From positions 1,922,001 to 1,986,000 of the forward strand of contig CBFFSA010000001.1 in NCBI GenBank assembly GCA_965644495.1: a DNA stretch of 64,000 bases, written 5' to 3'. A program made the translations under genes and the position numbers. Positions 36,303 through 47,625 of the stretch are shown in pieces; position 1 is the stretch's first letter; the number at the start of each line of letters is the position of its first letter. The notes under the pieces are model-generated. The model did no database searches. It saw nothing but the letters and a program-made list of their open reading frames with translations, and had not been told where the DNA came from. The DNA is from Perkinsela sp. CCAP 1560/9 (taxonomy: Eukaryota > Protista > Euglenozoa: Kinetoplastea).

Positions 36303-36600
36303 CTAGGCATTGCTCGTAAGAAGCAAGTATCGTCCTAATAAACACGTAGCCTTTTTTGTATTGTCGTAATAAGCTTCGCAGGCACGCTTGATTTCACGTT
36401 CTGAAATTGGACACTTACGATTCAATTCGTTTACAGTAGATGAAAAATTCGTCAGAAATTTCGTAAAATCGCACCAATGATAAAAAACATGCCCGTTACC
36501 TGCAATGGCCCCGCAAATTATTATTTTTGTCGGATAATGCGTTCCCTGATTTATAAATAATATCAGTTTCGCTTCGCCACGCGCCTCTTGAAAAATCCCC
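36303..36600 (-). pseudogene. Possible Tc1/IS630-like transposase fragment
   Basis: KIIICGAIAGNG resembles the xxxWGAIxxxG segment; similar to 59229-59522. Confidence 0.3.
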
Positions 36601-36776
36601 TGCCTCCATCCAAGATTCATCGGAAAACACCAGCCGACTGAAAAATTATTTTCCAGGCTCAGAACCGGAATCAAGGTAGAGCTCATAAATTTTCTTGTTT
36701 GGTACATTTCTTTAAGGGAAGTACGAGGTTAAAAGTTTTTGGGGGAAAAAAGTCCCTTTTGACCTCGAACTGTGAA

Positions 36777-36877
36777 TTAGGCTCTTCGTTAAACACGGTG
36801 GTTGTTTTCAACTTAGAAGTCACTCATGATGCGTGCTTCGTGTTCAAAACTACCACCGCGTTTAACGAAGAGCCTAA
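36777..36877. repeat. Palindromic hairpin repeat, copy 3 (reverse orientation)
   Basis: taggctcttcgttaaac ... gtttaacgaagagccta. Confidence 0.85.
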
Positions 36878-37204
36878 AAAAGAAAAATCGCCAAAAGAGC
36901 CACTTCGTTGACAGTCGGATTTACTGTCAACGAAGTGGGGGCCAATTGGTTGACCCGTCAACGAAGTAGAGACATAGCCGTCGTAATGCATATTGCACTT
37001 CCGGATCCCAGGAGTTCTTCTAGAACTCTCGTTTTCACCAAGTCTTTTCTTCCACGTAAATTCAATCAGGACAGGGATTCAATCGACCGGGATCGGTCGG
37101 AATCGTAAATCCCTAGTTTCAACCCTCTTATCCTCAGCGGCATATACAAAACTACGGTAAGCTTCTAGTGCCGCATGGCGCTTGTTTCTGTTCTCTTTAT
37201 AATA

Positions 37205-38492
37205 GAGGGGTTGCGGGTCGCAGGTTGAAAAAAAATCCTCTGAAAGCATGCGAAATTAGTCGGAGCTGCAGACATTGAAAGAGAAAAATAGTTAGATCGA
37301 AGGAGAAATCATAATGTGCGACATACATAGTGTACATAATATACGATAATAACAAAACTTTATAAGCCATGTATACGATATGACTACGTAGTTTACATTT
37401 CGCAATTCATCGAAAACGACTAGATACTTAATTTTATTTAGTTTTTGATCCATGCTGTGGTTTCTTGGGAACATATCCCACATCGTATATGTGTTGAGCC
37501 AATCCCTCCGTTGATCAATCGGTTTGACTAAACCACACCCTTTGCTACACCAACAAAAAGATGAGTCATCGATATTTTGTAAGTGTACATTTATTTCACT
37601 ATCAAAGTCGTACTGGGGTTCTGATGCAAGCAAACCATAAACTGCAACAGATACAATCTGAACGGCATCCTTTACCCACGTAATATCGTGGTCCGTTCCA
37701 TGAAAAAAACGAAATTTATCGAAATGAGCGAAACAACGCTCGATTCTTGAACGAATCCAAGAATGCATGCGGTTGAACCGATCCTGGTGTTCATCAAGGC
37801 AACCTTTGCATGGTGCCTTGAATGGAACAATAAAAAAAGAATGATATAAAGGTTTATAAAGGTTGCCCCTCGTGGCAGACAATCCAAGAGAAGGTGTCCT
37901 CGGCGCTCCACAAGGTGGAAGATGGCACGCTGCAGCACTTGGGAGCTAACCTTCCCGCCACACACAGAGCGTGTGGCATGTAAGTAGCTGTCCATCGTGC
38001 GCGATACGCGCCTCATGCATTCTTCCACCTTGGCTCCCAACTCCTCCTCAGTGACAACGAGCGCTGGGGGGGCGAAAGGAGTTTTGCGCTTCGTGAAGGT
38101 GCGCATAAGCGATGCGACAATGACGTCGTATACGTCATCATCCCTCGCAGATGTTACCTTCATACGTGAAGTGAAATCTTCGTTGCTCTCAACAGGGCTC
38201 ATCATATAAAAAGGAGGATAATGTAAAAGAATTATGCATGTATTGTGGAGGGTATATTAATTATACATTTGATTTGTGTAATACATACACCGTTCGTATA
38301 CAGCACCGTATACAGCGTACACCGTATTTTCACAGTAAGGCGGCTATGTACGGTAGCAAACTAAACAAACTACACTTTAAGCTACTTTGTACGTGTACAA
38401 TCCATTTTTTTAGGCTAAAATAGACCTCGTTCGACCTCAAATGCAAAGCGCGGGTTCGGTGCGGGTTCGGTGATGCACACCCGCAGCCCCTC
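37205..38492 (-). mobile_element. PIF/Harbinger- or ISL2EU-like element with a decayed DDE_Tnp_4-type transposase (about 37292-37882)
   Basis: TIRs gaggggttgcgggt / acccgcagcccctc, AATA on both flanks; IVPFK...FNRMHSWIRSRIERCFAHF.KFRF motif. Confidence 0.75.
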
Positions 38493-38646
38493 AATACTTC
38501 ATCGCCTTTAAAAATTCTACAAAGGACACCTCATTGCGTACAGAAAGTAAAATTTCGCTTCGTAACCATGCTCAGAGTTTCTCATGCGTTCGGTGTCGCT
38601 CGGTCTTCCCAAGATTGCCTCGAAAGTGAGAACGGAGAGAATCTTT

Positions 38647-39455
38647 CTACATACCATTATCCCGTTCAACACGATTGGTATATACACCTTGCGGAGATAC
38701 GAACCCTGTCTTATGGTCCACTGTTAATTGCTTGCGGCTACGTATCTCCACTCCCCGATAGGGTCGAATACAGGCGACAGTGACAGTACTCCGGGAGGTT
38801 GCCCTGAGATCAATGGTGAGTATGGTACTTGCAGCCTTGCGATTAGGCAGTTCCGTAATAGTAAAGTCAGTTGTCTCATTCTTGCTTTCAATTTTTTCGA
38901 TGCGACAAACATTTCTCCACGGCTCTGCGCCACTCGCCACCCCGGGGAGAAAATCGGCGGACGCAGTTGGGAGCAGTCGGCGGACGCAGGTGGGAGCTCG
39001 CGCACGTCCCGGGGCGCGGCAGTTAACGTACAATGGGAATTGAGTCTGTCGACGATTTTGACGCGCGACGTTAGCCGTCTCCATCATTATCTTGCCGTAC
39101 GTATGCTCAGGAGTATTCACCTGATGCAGACGTTCTTGTACCCGTTCCACCGGCGCCTCAGCTGCTGTCCAATAGTTGATGACGAGATGATGTTTTGTGG
39201 TATCGAATCCTCCTTCTTTTACCAAACCACAAAAGCTCACGCATACTCACGACATCCCGGATTCCTTCCCAAAGTTCGCAAGTCAGTTGTGCTTCTTTGA
39301 CATGGAAAGTTTTGGGGCGCGGTAGGCCGATAATTGTGGACATCGGTGTGTCGCTTGGTCGCATTTCTTCGTATAGTGTAAGTGCGGATGAAGGACAACA
39401 AACCCTCAGTGGACGTATGTAATTTTCTCGTTGAAACAATGCGCTTTGGATACAA
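38647..39455 (-). pseudogene. Merlin/IS1595-family transposase relic
   Basis: TVDHKTGFVSPQGVYTNRVE; NVCRIEKI...TDFTITELPNRKA homologous to 52026-52472. Confidence 0.75.
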
Positions 39456-40448
39456 CCTATTTTTTCATGGTATGCCCGTTAACTGGATCATCCAGTGTCG
39501 TACATCTATTTATAAATATATATACAAACGTATGTACGCTCTGAAAAATGGTGAAACACATGTTGCGCACTGCGTGACGCTTCTGATTTGCAGGGTCTTT
39601 GAGATACATTGTATGTGCCGGTATCTCATCTACGCTCTAATTCTTTTTTACATGATTTTGATTTGAGCTTTTTCCCCTTGATGGGGAAAAGGAGGATCAA
39701 ATGATGTAGAAGCCTGCACGGAGGAATTCCCAGAGAAATATTAAAATTTACTCCTTAAAAAACTTTTTTTGAACCCTTGAAGTTCAAGGTTTCAATGAAT
39801 CCTTACCAATCTTAATCTCATTCCTTTCGCTTTTTATTTTTCCCCTTTAAATGTGCTTGCACGCATCGGCATGCGTGTTCAACACGTTTCGCCTGCTCAA
39901 ATATTGAGCTTGTTTGACCGAAGCCTTATTTTAGCTATCTTTCCAAAGTATGAAAAAAAGCGTTCTACAGCTTTCCTTGTTGACCTCAATAGGGATACAT
40001 TTTACGGTGAGGGAAAAGGGATCGAGGCCCGTATACTCCGACTCCAGCTCCTTTTTGGCATTTATGAGTTCAGTTTCTGTGGTTTTCACTTTCTCTTTAC
40101 TTTTTAGACATATTGTTGATTGCCACACAAAACATGTATCATCCAAAATATGTACAGTCCAGGACACAACGTTTGCCCCCTAGGCCACAGAGTACACCAT
40201 AAGAGCTTTTGACCTAATTCCTTCAGCATTCGACAGATCTCAAAAAAGTGGAACGTTTCACGTATTTTTTCATCCCCAGAGGCCCCTAGACCCCCTCCGT
40301 GCACCCCCAAAGTTAGGTTTTTCCCCTTAAAAAACAGATCTTTTAGACAAAAATAATGAAGAAACTCATTCAAACCAGATTTTTTAGAAAACTGTTTTAG
40401 AAATTCATTCAAAAACAGATCTTTTAGGCAAAAATAAATGAAGAAATA

Positions 40449-41299
40449 CTGTCCCCGCCCACTTATGCGCAACCGTTTGACACGGCTACTTAAGCGCAAT
40501 ATTGAGGCATGACGAACACGGCGCCGCGAAGGGGCGCGATTTTTTTTAGATGATTTTTTTATAGTTGTATATCGCTTTATATTTTTTTTATGGCATGTAC
40601 GATTTTTTGTTCATCGACTCATTACACTCTGGCTAGCTTTTTTTTATTTTTTTGGTTTTTTTCCATTATGGTTCTCTCTCCACCTTCAGCTCAATCCTCA
40701 GCAGAGAATGTCACCCCCCCCCATTCAACCCCCTTCATTGCTCTCCCCACCTTCAGCTCAATCCTCAGCACAAACTAGAAAATTGACTGACTGGGTACGG
40801 ATACAGGAGCCCCATCCCCGTATCGCTGTGTACTACTACAGCCTTCTACTGCATCATACATAAATATACATGGATATACATGTATAAATTTATTACTGCG
40901 CCTACAAAAGTTGTTAAAAAATAATTTACAAGCAGTCTCCTTTTTAAAGCAACTTCACTTTTAGTCGTTTTCTGTTTCTTTTAACGAATCGTAGCTACAA
41001 TATGCAAATACACAGAATCGTCAAACATGTTGTACCCCATCCCATCCCCCCCCGCACTTACCGAGGACACGAAGGTGAGGAACAGTTTGAAGCCGGGACC
41101 GATTAGAAGATGACTCACGAAACATAAGTAGACAACACAAATACTAAGAAGCACAGATGATATCCGCGCCGCGAAGCGGCGCGACTTCTTTTATGTTTTT
41201 TTGTCCGAAATATCTTTTCCCCTTGAGGTATTTCTGACCCGGCTACTTAAACGCAATTTTCGGCCAAAAACCCGGTTGCGCTTAAGTGGGGGGGGGCAG
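40449..41299. mobile_element. MITE with TA flanks, GCGAAGC-type hairpins and an internal 28-bp direct repeat
   Basis: TA|ctgtccccgcccacttatgcgcaaccg ... cggttgcgcttaagtgggggggcag|TA. Confidence 0.75.
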
Positions 41300-41637
41300 T
41301 ACTTATTTGAAGTACTTATCTGTAAGAATAAATCAGTATCCTGTATGGTCCCTCTTTACACGCTGCACAATTTGCATGCATTTGAAGTTATGCTAGAAAT
41401 TAGAAATCAATAAATTTTTGGGTACGAAGTAGTTAACATTGGTAAACAAATACAGTTCTGTATATTCACAGACTTTTATTTAGGGGGTAATCCTATTATT
41501 CGCAGAAAGAGTAAGAAATGCATGGGGATTTCATTTCGCTGTATATCAAGATTTTTTTCTTCCCTTAGCGTAGGCACCATTATTCTTTGCGCAAGGATCA
41601 TTAGCAGAAACGTATTATTTATATCGCGTTCTAATTG

Positions 41638-42495
41638 ATGCTCACCTCTCTTGTGATAATCTCTTCTTGGACACAGGACGATGGACGCTCTACGAAACGT
41701 AGAAAGCGAAATGAGGACACATATATCCCTCCTCCGGGTGGGACAACAAAGGCGCATAGAGTACGGGGAGCAAATTTACCACAAGAATATGAACTTGCAC
41801 GATTCGTCCAAAATATTTCGAATTTGGATCCTTCATGGAATACGTCCACCCATGCATGTGATTGGAAGGGTGTGAATTGTGATGCTGAATTACACGTGTC
41901 AAAAATAATGTGGATGTTTATGGGTCTCTCGGGGTCATTGGAATGGAATTATCTATGCCGTACACTACGTGAGTTTGCTGGATGGGATAACAAATTTACC
42001 GGAAGCATGCCACTTGATGTTTTGCCTTTACAAATGACAATGTTGAACGTATGCGTCAACTCGTTTTCGGGCTCATTAGATCTGCCCCATTCGCATGGCG
42101 CAATGGATATGCTTATTTTGCACGAAAACAACTTTGAAGGGGATCTGGACCTCATCCACCTGCCTTTGAATTTGAAGTGGCTTCAAGTTAATTCGAATCA
42201 ACTTTCTGGTCAAGTCGATCTTACTGGCTTACCCTCCAACATGGAACACTTGAATATTTCGCACAATCGTTTTACAGGACCGTTGAATTTAGAACACTTG
42301 CCTTCATCACTTCAGTATTTCGAATGTCAGGGAAATCAATTCAGTGGTGCTGTGACGTTTGACCATCTTCCTGAATTCTTACTTTCATTTAGTTTGGCGG
42401 ACAACACGGATCTTTACGGGGAAGTCGACAAAGCCATTGTCAACATCCCCTCGCTGTGCGTGAGCGGTACTCAGATAACTTTACATGATCGTTAG
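41638..42495 (+). CDS. LRR protein, subfamily A, with NLS-like TKRRKRN
   Basis: HRVRGANLPQEYEL; 7 LRRs; leader closely related to the 26766 gene. Confidence 0.92.
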   Translation: MLTSLVIISSWTQDDGRSTKRRKRNEDTYIPPPGGTTKAHRVRGANLPQEYELARFVQNISNLDPSWNTSTHACDWKGVNCDAELHVSKIMWMFMGLSGSLEWNYLCRTLREFAGWDNKFTGSMPLDVLPLQMTMLNVCVNSFSGSLDLPHSHGAMDMLILHENNFEGDLDLIHLPLNLKWLQVNSNQLSGQVDLTGLPSNMEHLNISHNRFTGPLNLEHLPSSLQYFECQGNQFSGAVTFDHLPEFLLSFSLADNTDLYGEVDKAIVNIPSLCVSGTQITLHDR

Positions 42496-42675
42496 CTCGG
42501 TTCCTTAACGCGTGCTACATGCGCATGTATGTGAATTTACAAACAGCTATGAAACAACGTTTATGGATCGGCATCTACAGAAGGGAAACCATCATTTGTT
42601 TAAAATGTCCATTGTGCATGAAAACGAATGTTAAACTCTTCATTCGTTTGCGGGTCGTACTACAGTATTATTAAA

Positions 42676-42950
42676 ATGTCAATCAATCTCTCAGTAGTTT
42701 GTTTGCGCTGCGCAGCTCAAATGATGACGTGCAAGCGTCCACGCAAAATACGAGGCGCTACCTTACCTCTGGAATACGAAGTCACGCGACTTAAAATTAT
42801 TTTAGGATAAAATATTTTAATAAAATATTTACCTAAACATTGAAGCAAAAAAAGTAACCTAAAATATTAGAAATCGTATCGCTTCATGTATACTTGGGAC
42901 TCCAACTGGATTCCAATTTGAGGTTGGAATTATTTTGTGCTGATGGACCA
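42676..42950 (+). pseudogene. Relic of an LRR gene leader
   Basis: KRPRKIRGATLPLEYEVTRL, then AT-rich disruption and stop; no LRR body follows. Confidence 0.7.
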
Positions 42951-43277
42951 TACTTCGGAAAGATAAATGCAGATACAATTCGATAGAGAAAGATTATAAA
43001 AGGTCTATAAGTGTTGACTCTTTTACGTAACTCATTGTAGACGCACTACGTGTCCATTGAATACGTTAAGGTTTCACATTTGCGACCTGAGGTTGCAGGA
43101 ATGACAGCTACCCTACTTATTTAGTGCCTCGTTATGCTGACACCGGGTAGTGTCATCCGCATGACCTTGATCATCCTCACCCGAGTAATCTAGCGTCTTG
43201 TTACTTTTATGTTGACATTACATCAGTCGGATGCCCTGACCTTAACTCACACGTGCTTAGGAGGTTGAACAGAACGT

Positions 43278-44258
43278 TTATGTTCGCACAGTTCTTCTTA
43301 GCTCATCGCAAGTTGAATATTGCCCGGGACTGCGCTTCATCTTTAATGACGGCAGTGTAACTCCCGATCGCACATTTGATCCGTTGGTCCACAACATGTA
43401 GGCCCTTCTATCGAAGCAAGTCTGACAGGTGTTTTCTGTAGCGTGTGGAATTCGGTATCGTGGAGGAGCTTCCCGTGAGCCAACTGATGGGTTCATTCCT
43501 CCGTTCGTTCGCTCATTCACTTTTGATAAAGCACGGGCCTGGTTCTCGATATAGGAAACAATGGTTTTGTTTCCCTTATCGGCCGTCTCATTCAGCATCG
43601 ATTTTTCGAGAGCGTTAGCCAAAACGGAAGCTGCTTCAAGCTCAAGACGTCGTGCAAGAAAAATGGATCCTGGCTTACACAGAAGCGTCCACAATCCTAA
43701 GCAAACACCTGCTTCTCCGACATTCGGAAGAGTGGAGTCCGCCGGATTTTCCATCAACACGTTCGCGTAGTGGACCACGTCGGGGCGCGACCCCACCGCG
43801 TCCTTTACCTTTTGTTTCAGATCGGCTGTTAGCCACGCCCCCGTGCTGAAACCTTTTTGAGACAAGCTTTGATGCAGTAAGGTCCCGCAGCGAGGGTCCT
43901 CTCGAGTCCCTATAATGGGACGAAATACCTCCTCGAGGTCTTTTCGCTCGTTGTCTTTTGTCTTGCGGTCCTCGGGGATGGATGCGGTGTCATGCTTTAC
44001 CACTAGCTCTTGCTCCAAGGCACAGAGTTTATTCCGTATCGCAACAACAACTTCATTGGAAACGTCACTAGAGGACAAGTTTCCGGCTTCCAACGCAAGT
44101 AGACGTTTAATGACTTGGGATCCGCGGACACCACTGGCAGCGTGCCCAGCAGCGGTCTCAAGAATTCTTCGATTCTGTTTGATTCTTCGGTTCTGTTTGA
44201 CATATTCGACTGCCAAGAGGATTACTTCTAGGAGGTCCTGCCGAACCATTCGTTTCAT
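43278..44258 (-). CDS. Unknown 326-aa ORF, possibly gag-like ORF1 of a retroelement
   Basis: Long ORF with helical character and a C-terminal CQTC; preceded by cgtttcattccgc tandem repeats (44251-44310). Confidence 0.4.
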   Translation of the reverse strand: MKRMVRQDLLEVILLAVEYVKQNRRIKQNRRILETAAGHAASGVRGSQVIKRLLALEAGNLSSSDVSNEVVVAIRNKLCALEQELVVKHDTASIPEDRKTKDNERKDLEEVFRPIIGTREDPRCGTLLHQSLSQKGFSTGAWLTADLKQKVKDAVGSRPDVVHYANVLMENPADSTLPNVGEAGVCLGLWTLLCKPGSIFLARRLELEAASVLANALEKSMLNETADKGNKTIVSYIENQARALSKVNERTNGGMNPSVGSREAPPRYRIPHATENTCQTCFDRRAYMLWTNGSNVRSGVTLPSLKMKRSPGQYSTCDELRRTVRT

Positions 44259-44396
44259 TCCGCATTCCGCAGAGCTTTCGTTTCGTTCCGCTGCATTCGT
44301 TTCATTCCGCAGTGCTTGGTAAAGGCTTCCTTTAGGCCAGGAGTGCTGTACTCATCAGGAACAAGATTTAGAGCCGCCTCCGTCTGGATACAAGTA

Positions 44397-44495
44397 CCGT
44401 AGACCCCCCCAGCAATAGACCCCCCCCCCTAGTAACAAGGATTTGACCCTTTTTGGGCTGACCCCCAGTACAAGGATTTGACCCTCCTGTAACAA
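44397..44495. mobile_element. Truncated CCGTA-family MITE
   Basis: TA|ccgtagacccccccagcaatagaccccccccctagtaacaaggattt. Confidence 0.65.
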
Positions 44496-44544
44496 AGGAT
44501 ATGTCTTGTCACACATATCCTCCAATATGAAGAGGGTATTGCGG

Positions 44545-44870
44545 TGGTTGTAAAACTACCTCTCTACCCTCGATTATTGAAAAAAAGTGAACAAAAACGG
44601 TGAAAATATAAAGAGAAACACAGTAATATAATGTAATATAAAAAAAGAAGAAAAATTTATAAAAGGGGGCTCCGGTGGTCCAAAATTGAACAAAATGGGG
44701 GGTCTAGGGGTGGGGGGCATACCGCAAGAAATTTTTTTAAAAAAATTATTTTTCGAAAATAATCCGCAGAAGGGGTAGCCGGGGTCTTGGCGCGCATTCT
44801 CCACCCCCCTACCTGGGGGTGACCCCCCCGCGTATCCGCAGGACGGGTCCGCCAAGTTCGGATTTTTTCG
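44545..44870. mobile_element. One half of a foldback-family element
   Basis: Terminal motif plus arm homologous to the reverse complement of 33820-34109. Confidence 0.7.
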
Positions 44871-45320
44871 GAAAAAAAATTAAAAAGAAATTCAACTTGG
44901 CGAAAAAAATGGCAAAAAAATCATTTTTCCAAAATCTTTTACCCTGTTGTATTTTGAGAGTTTGTGACCTGTGTACTAGATTTCTCGGAAGTTGGTTTCG
45001 CCAGGTATCCCTTCTTCGAGGCGTGGTGCGCCCCTCAAAATGACCCATTTTTGACTAAAAAAGGTGAAAAAGTATTTTTCGGACCCCAAGGGGCCTTTTT
45101 GTCTCGAAAGAATGGTGTGGTTGGAGTGGCATTCTCCACCCAATACGTTCGGTACGCTTTCACTCCCGCCTACGAGTGCTTTCCCGCACGCAAATGTCGT
45201 ATTTAGTGCTTTGAGAGCAAAAGTATCCAAACATCGCCCGATTTTTACCCGAAAATCGGCTATTTTTGGCTATAATGTTTCCGTTTTCGTCACCTTTCCA
45301 GGCTAAATTTTATTTTTTAT

Positions 45321-45387
45321 GCTCTTCGTTAAACGCGGTGGTAGTTTTCAAAGCGAAGAGCGCAGCATGAGTGACTTCTAAGTTGAA
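45321..45387. repeat. Palindromic hairpin repeat, partial copy 4
   Basis: gctcttcgttaaacgcggtggtagttttcaa...gcagcatgagtgacttctaagttgaa. Confidence 0.75.
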
Positions 45388-45904
45388 CTTAGAAGAAGAA
45401 GAGTTTGCTTTTAACCAAAACCAGGCAACGCTAGGATAGGGGGGGAGAGTATTAAGGGGGGTGGCGTAAGAGAGGGCAGAACAAATATTTACTAAAATTT
45501 ATTATTTGTAAGTTGCAGCTCATATTTTTAACACATGAAGTAAATGTCGTGTATGGTGAAACACGAAGAAGAGCGCGCGTACTAATGCAACAAGAAGCTA
45601 GTGCGGGGAAAAAGTGTAGAAGCATCGAACAAAACATGGAAAAAAACACACAAAAAAAATCAGTGTAAAAATGAGTATAATAGCGCGCATACAGACTTAT
45701 TTTGGATAGGAATCTGTATCCGTCATTAATTTTTCGGCCAGCTCCCATCCATCCGCGGTTGCACCTTCAAGCTGTACACTTCCTATCAAATTGGTTGTAT
45801 ATTCATAATCGGAATCTGAGTCACGGAGCGCTCCGACGGTTTCTTCGTCAGCACTTTGTTTTTCAGGAAGTGATGGAATTCCTGGTCCGCACGGCCACCA
45901 TGAC

Positions 45905-46162
45905 TTAGAAAGATTCTTTCGGGTCAAAACATTTATTCACCCTACTGAATGTGGCAGGATAGAACAGGAATGAACATAAATTGTTCACTACATGTATTCC
46001 ACATTCATTTATCGTAGGCTCCTGCTGCATGACCGGAGCATGTCGAAGACGAACATCCTCCTTTGATTGACCAAGAAGGGGACAGAATAATTTTAGAAAG
46101 CACTGGAGGAAATCTTGACGAGCAATTGGAGAATAATCCTTGTAACTATCAAATATTGTCAA
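45905..46162 (-). pseudogene. Ulp1/C48-type cysteine protease fragment, TE-associated
   Basis: IFDSY ... QQEPTINECGIHV matches the D..Q..CG catalytic region. Confidence 0.55.
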
Positions 46163-47063
46163 CAGATGCTTTCGGAGTTCGACAAAAAAAAATTGTTAAA
46201 AAGGAGCACCGCAATAATCCGTGAGTCGGGGAAAATTTGAGTAAACACAGCGCTGAAAATCTAAAAGTAATCGAGTCTTACCTGTGTTCAAAAGTTTCCT
46301 GTGTTTTGTTAGGGGCCGCGTGAGCCTTCTTCTGCCAAAGCTGAAGACGCCGGGCTTGTGACCGCTATCAAGCGTGCTTCCCCCCTAGAGAGGTCTTCCT
46401 AAGAAGATAGTTTCATTCTAATGTCTTAGAATTGCTTCCATAATGAAACAGACACAATTCCCTACAACGTAGACACATCTACTCTTCAAACGCCCCAACA
46501 AGCACACCCGACGCGCCACGCAGCGCACCATTGTATTCCCCCCCACCGCATGCTTGTCGACCAGATAGAGAGTGTTTGAGGGGGGTGCCCTTTTTTTTGG
46601 TTCTCATAAAATTTTTAAAGTACTGTTCAAACTTTTTTTAAGCTTTCAGCTTACTAATTCGCGTCTTATTTTGCGCCTTTCTTACTTCCTTGGCTCCGCA
46701 AGTCTTATATTGTTCTCGCGCTCTCTCTCCTTCCGAATCCTGACATTGAACTTGACATTGAACGCAAATGAGGCACATGACTGCGCTGCACGTTGGCAAT
46801 TTCGTTCTTATGCGCATCTTCGTGCAACACATCAAAAACAGTCCGAGCAGAAAAGGGGATTAGATGCTCAAGCACGGAATTCGACATACACTGTATCTCC
46901 GAGTACATACACTGTATCTCCGAAAATATGAAGTGGTTCTGCAGTTTGCCCACATGCGTGCCATTCCGAATCACCTCCCAAGATCTCCACGTTTCCGACG
47001 GGACTGCAGCACACAGCGCGAGCAGAAAAAGACTTTAAAGGCTCTAGCACCGCGAATGCTATC

Positions 47064-47567
47064 TCATTCGAAAACAAGCCCCGATGAAAATTTAGGCCTA
47101 TGGTAACCTGAAGTCAGATGTGTTCCTGGGCGATCTATGCCCATGCTAGGGAGCACTCGAATATCATCGAGGCATTGTGCTCTAGATATTGCTACTGTGA
47201 GCTTGGCGAGTTCCGGTCTCTTAGACCACGCCTTATCATTTAAGTCAAGAATAACACCGTTCTTCACAATTATACCTTGTACTTTGTGATATACATAGGC
47301 AAATCCCAATTCCACTTGAAAGTTTTCTTGGGAAGCATTATCATGGTTGAGCGCCGAGAGGCACCTCAGCTCTAATCTGGGGAGACCATAGCCCTTAGTT
47401 TCGCCAAAAGGTCTTGAAAGCAGAAACAGAATAGAACTTATCATGGTGCTCGCCTTTTTGGCGTAAAATTCTGCACCTGACCCCTTCTCAATGCATTTCA
47501 TAAAAAAAGGGGCTTTTCGTATATAACGAACACCATCAATATTGTCGTATGACAAATCGTCTGACAC
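47064..47567 (-). pseudogene. Pif1/RecD-like SF1 helicase C-terminal fragment
   Basis: GFAYVYHKVQG ... LTVAISRA correspond to motifs V-VI. Confidence 0.7.
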
Positions 47568-47625
47568 AAGGTCTTCTTAGAACAGTGTTCCTGTATTTAT
47601 AATCTACATACTATACAGGGTATAT

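Noticed and set aside
46884-46924. 21-bp tandem duplication and other short tandem repeats (33430-33500, 47990-48050)
   Set aside because: Ordinary slippage or low-complexity repeats with no further structure
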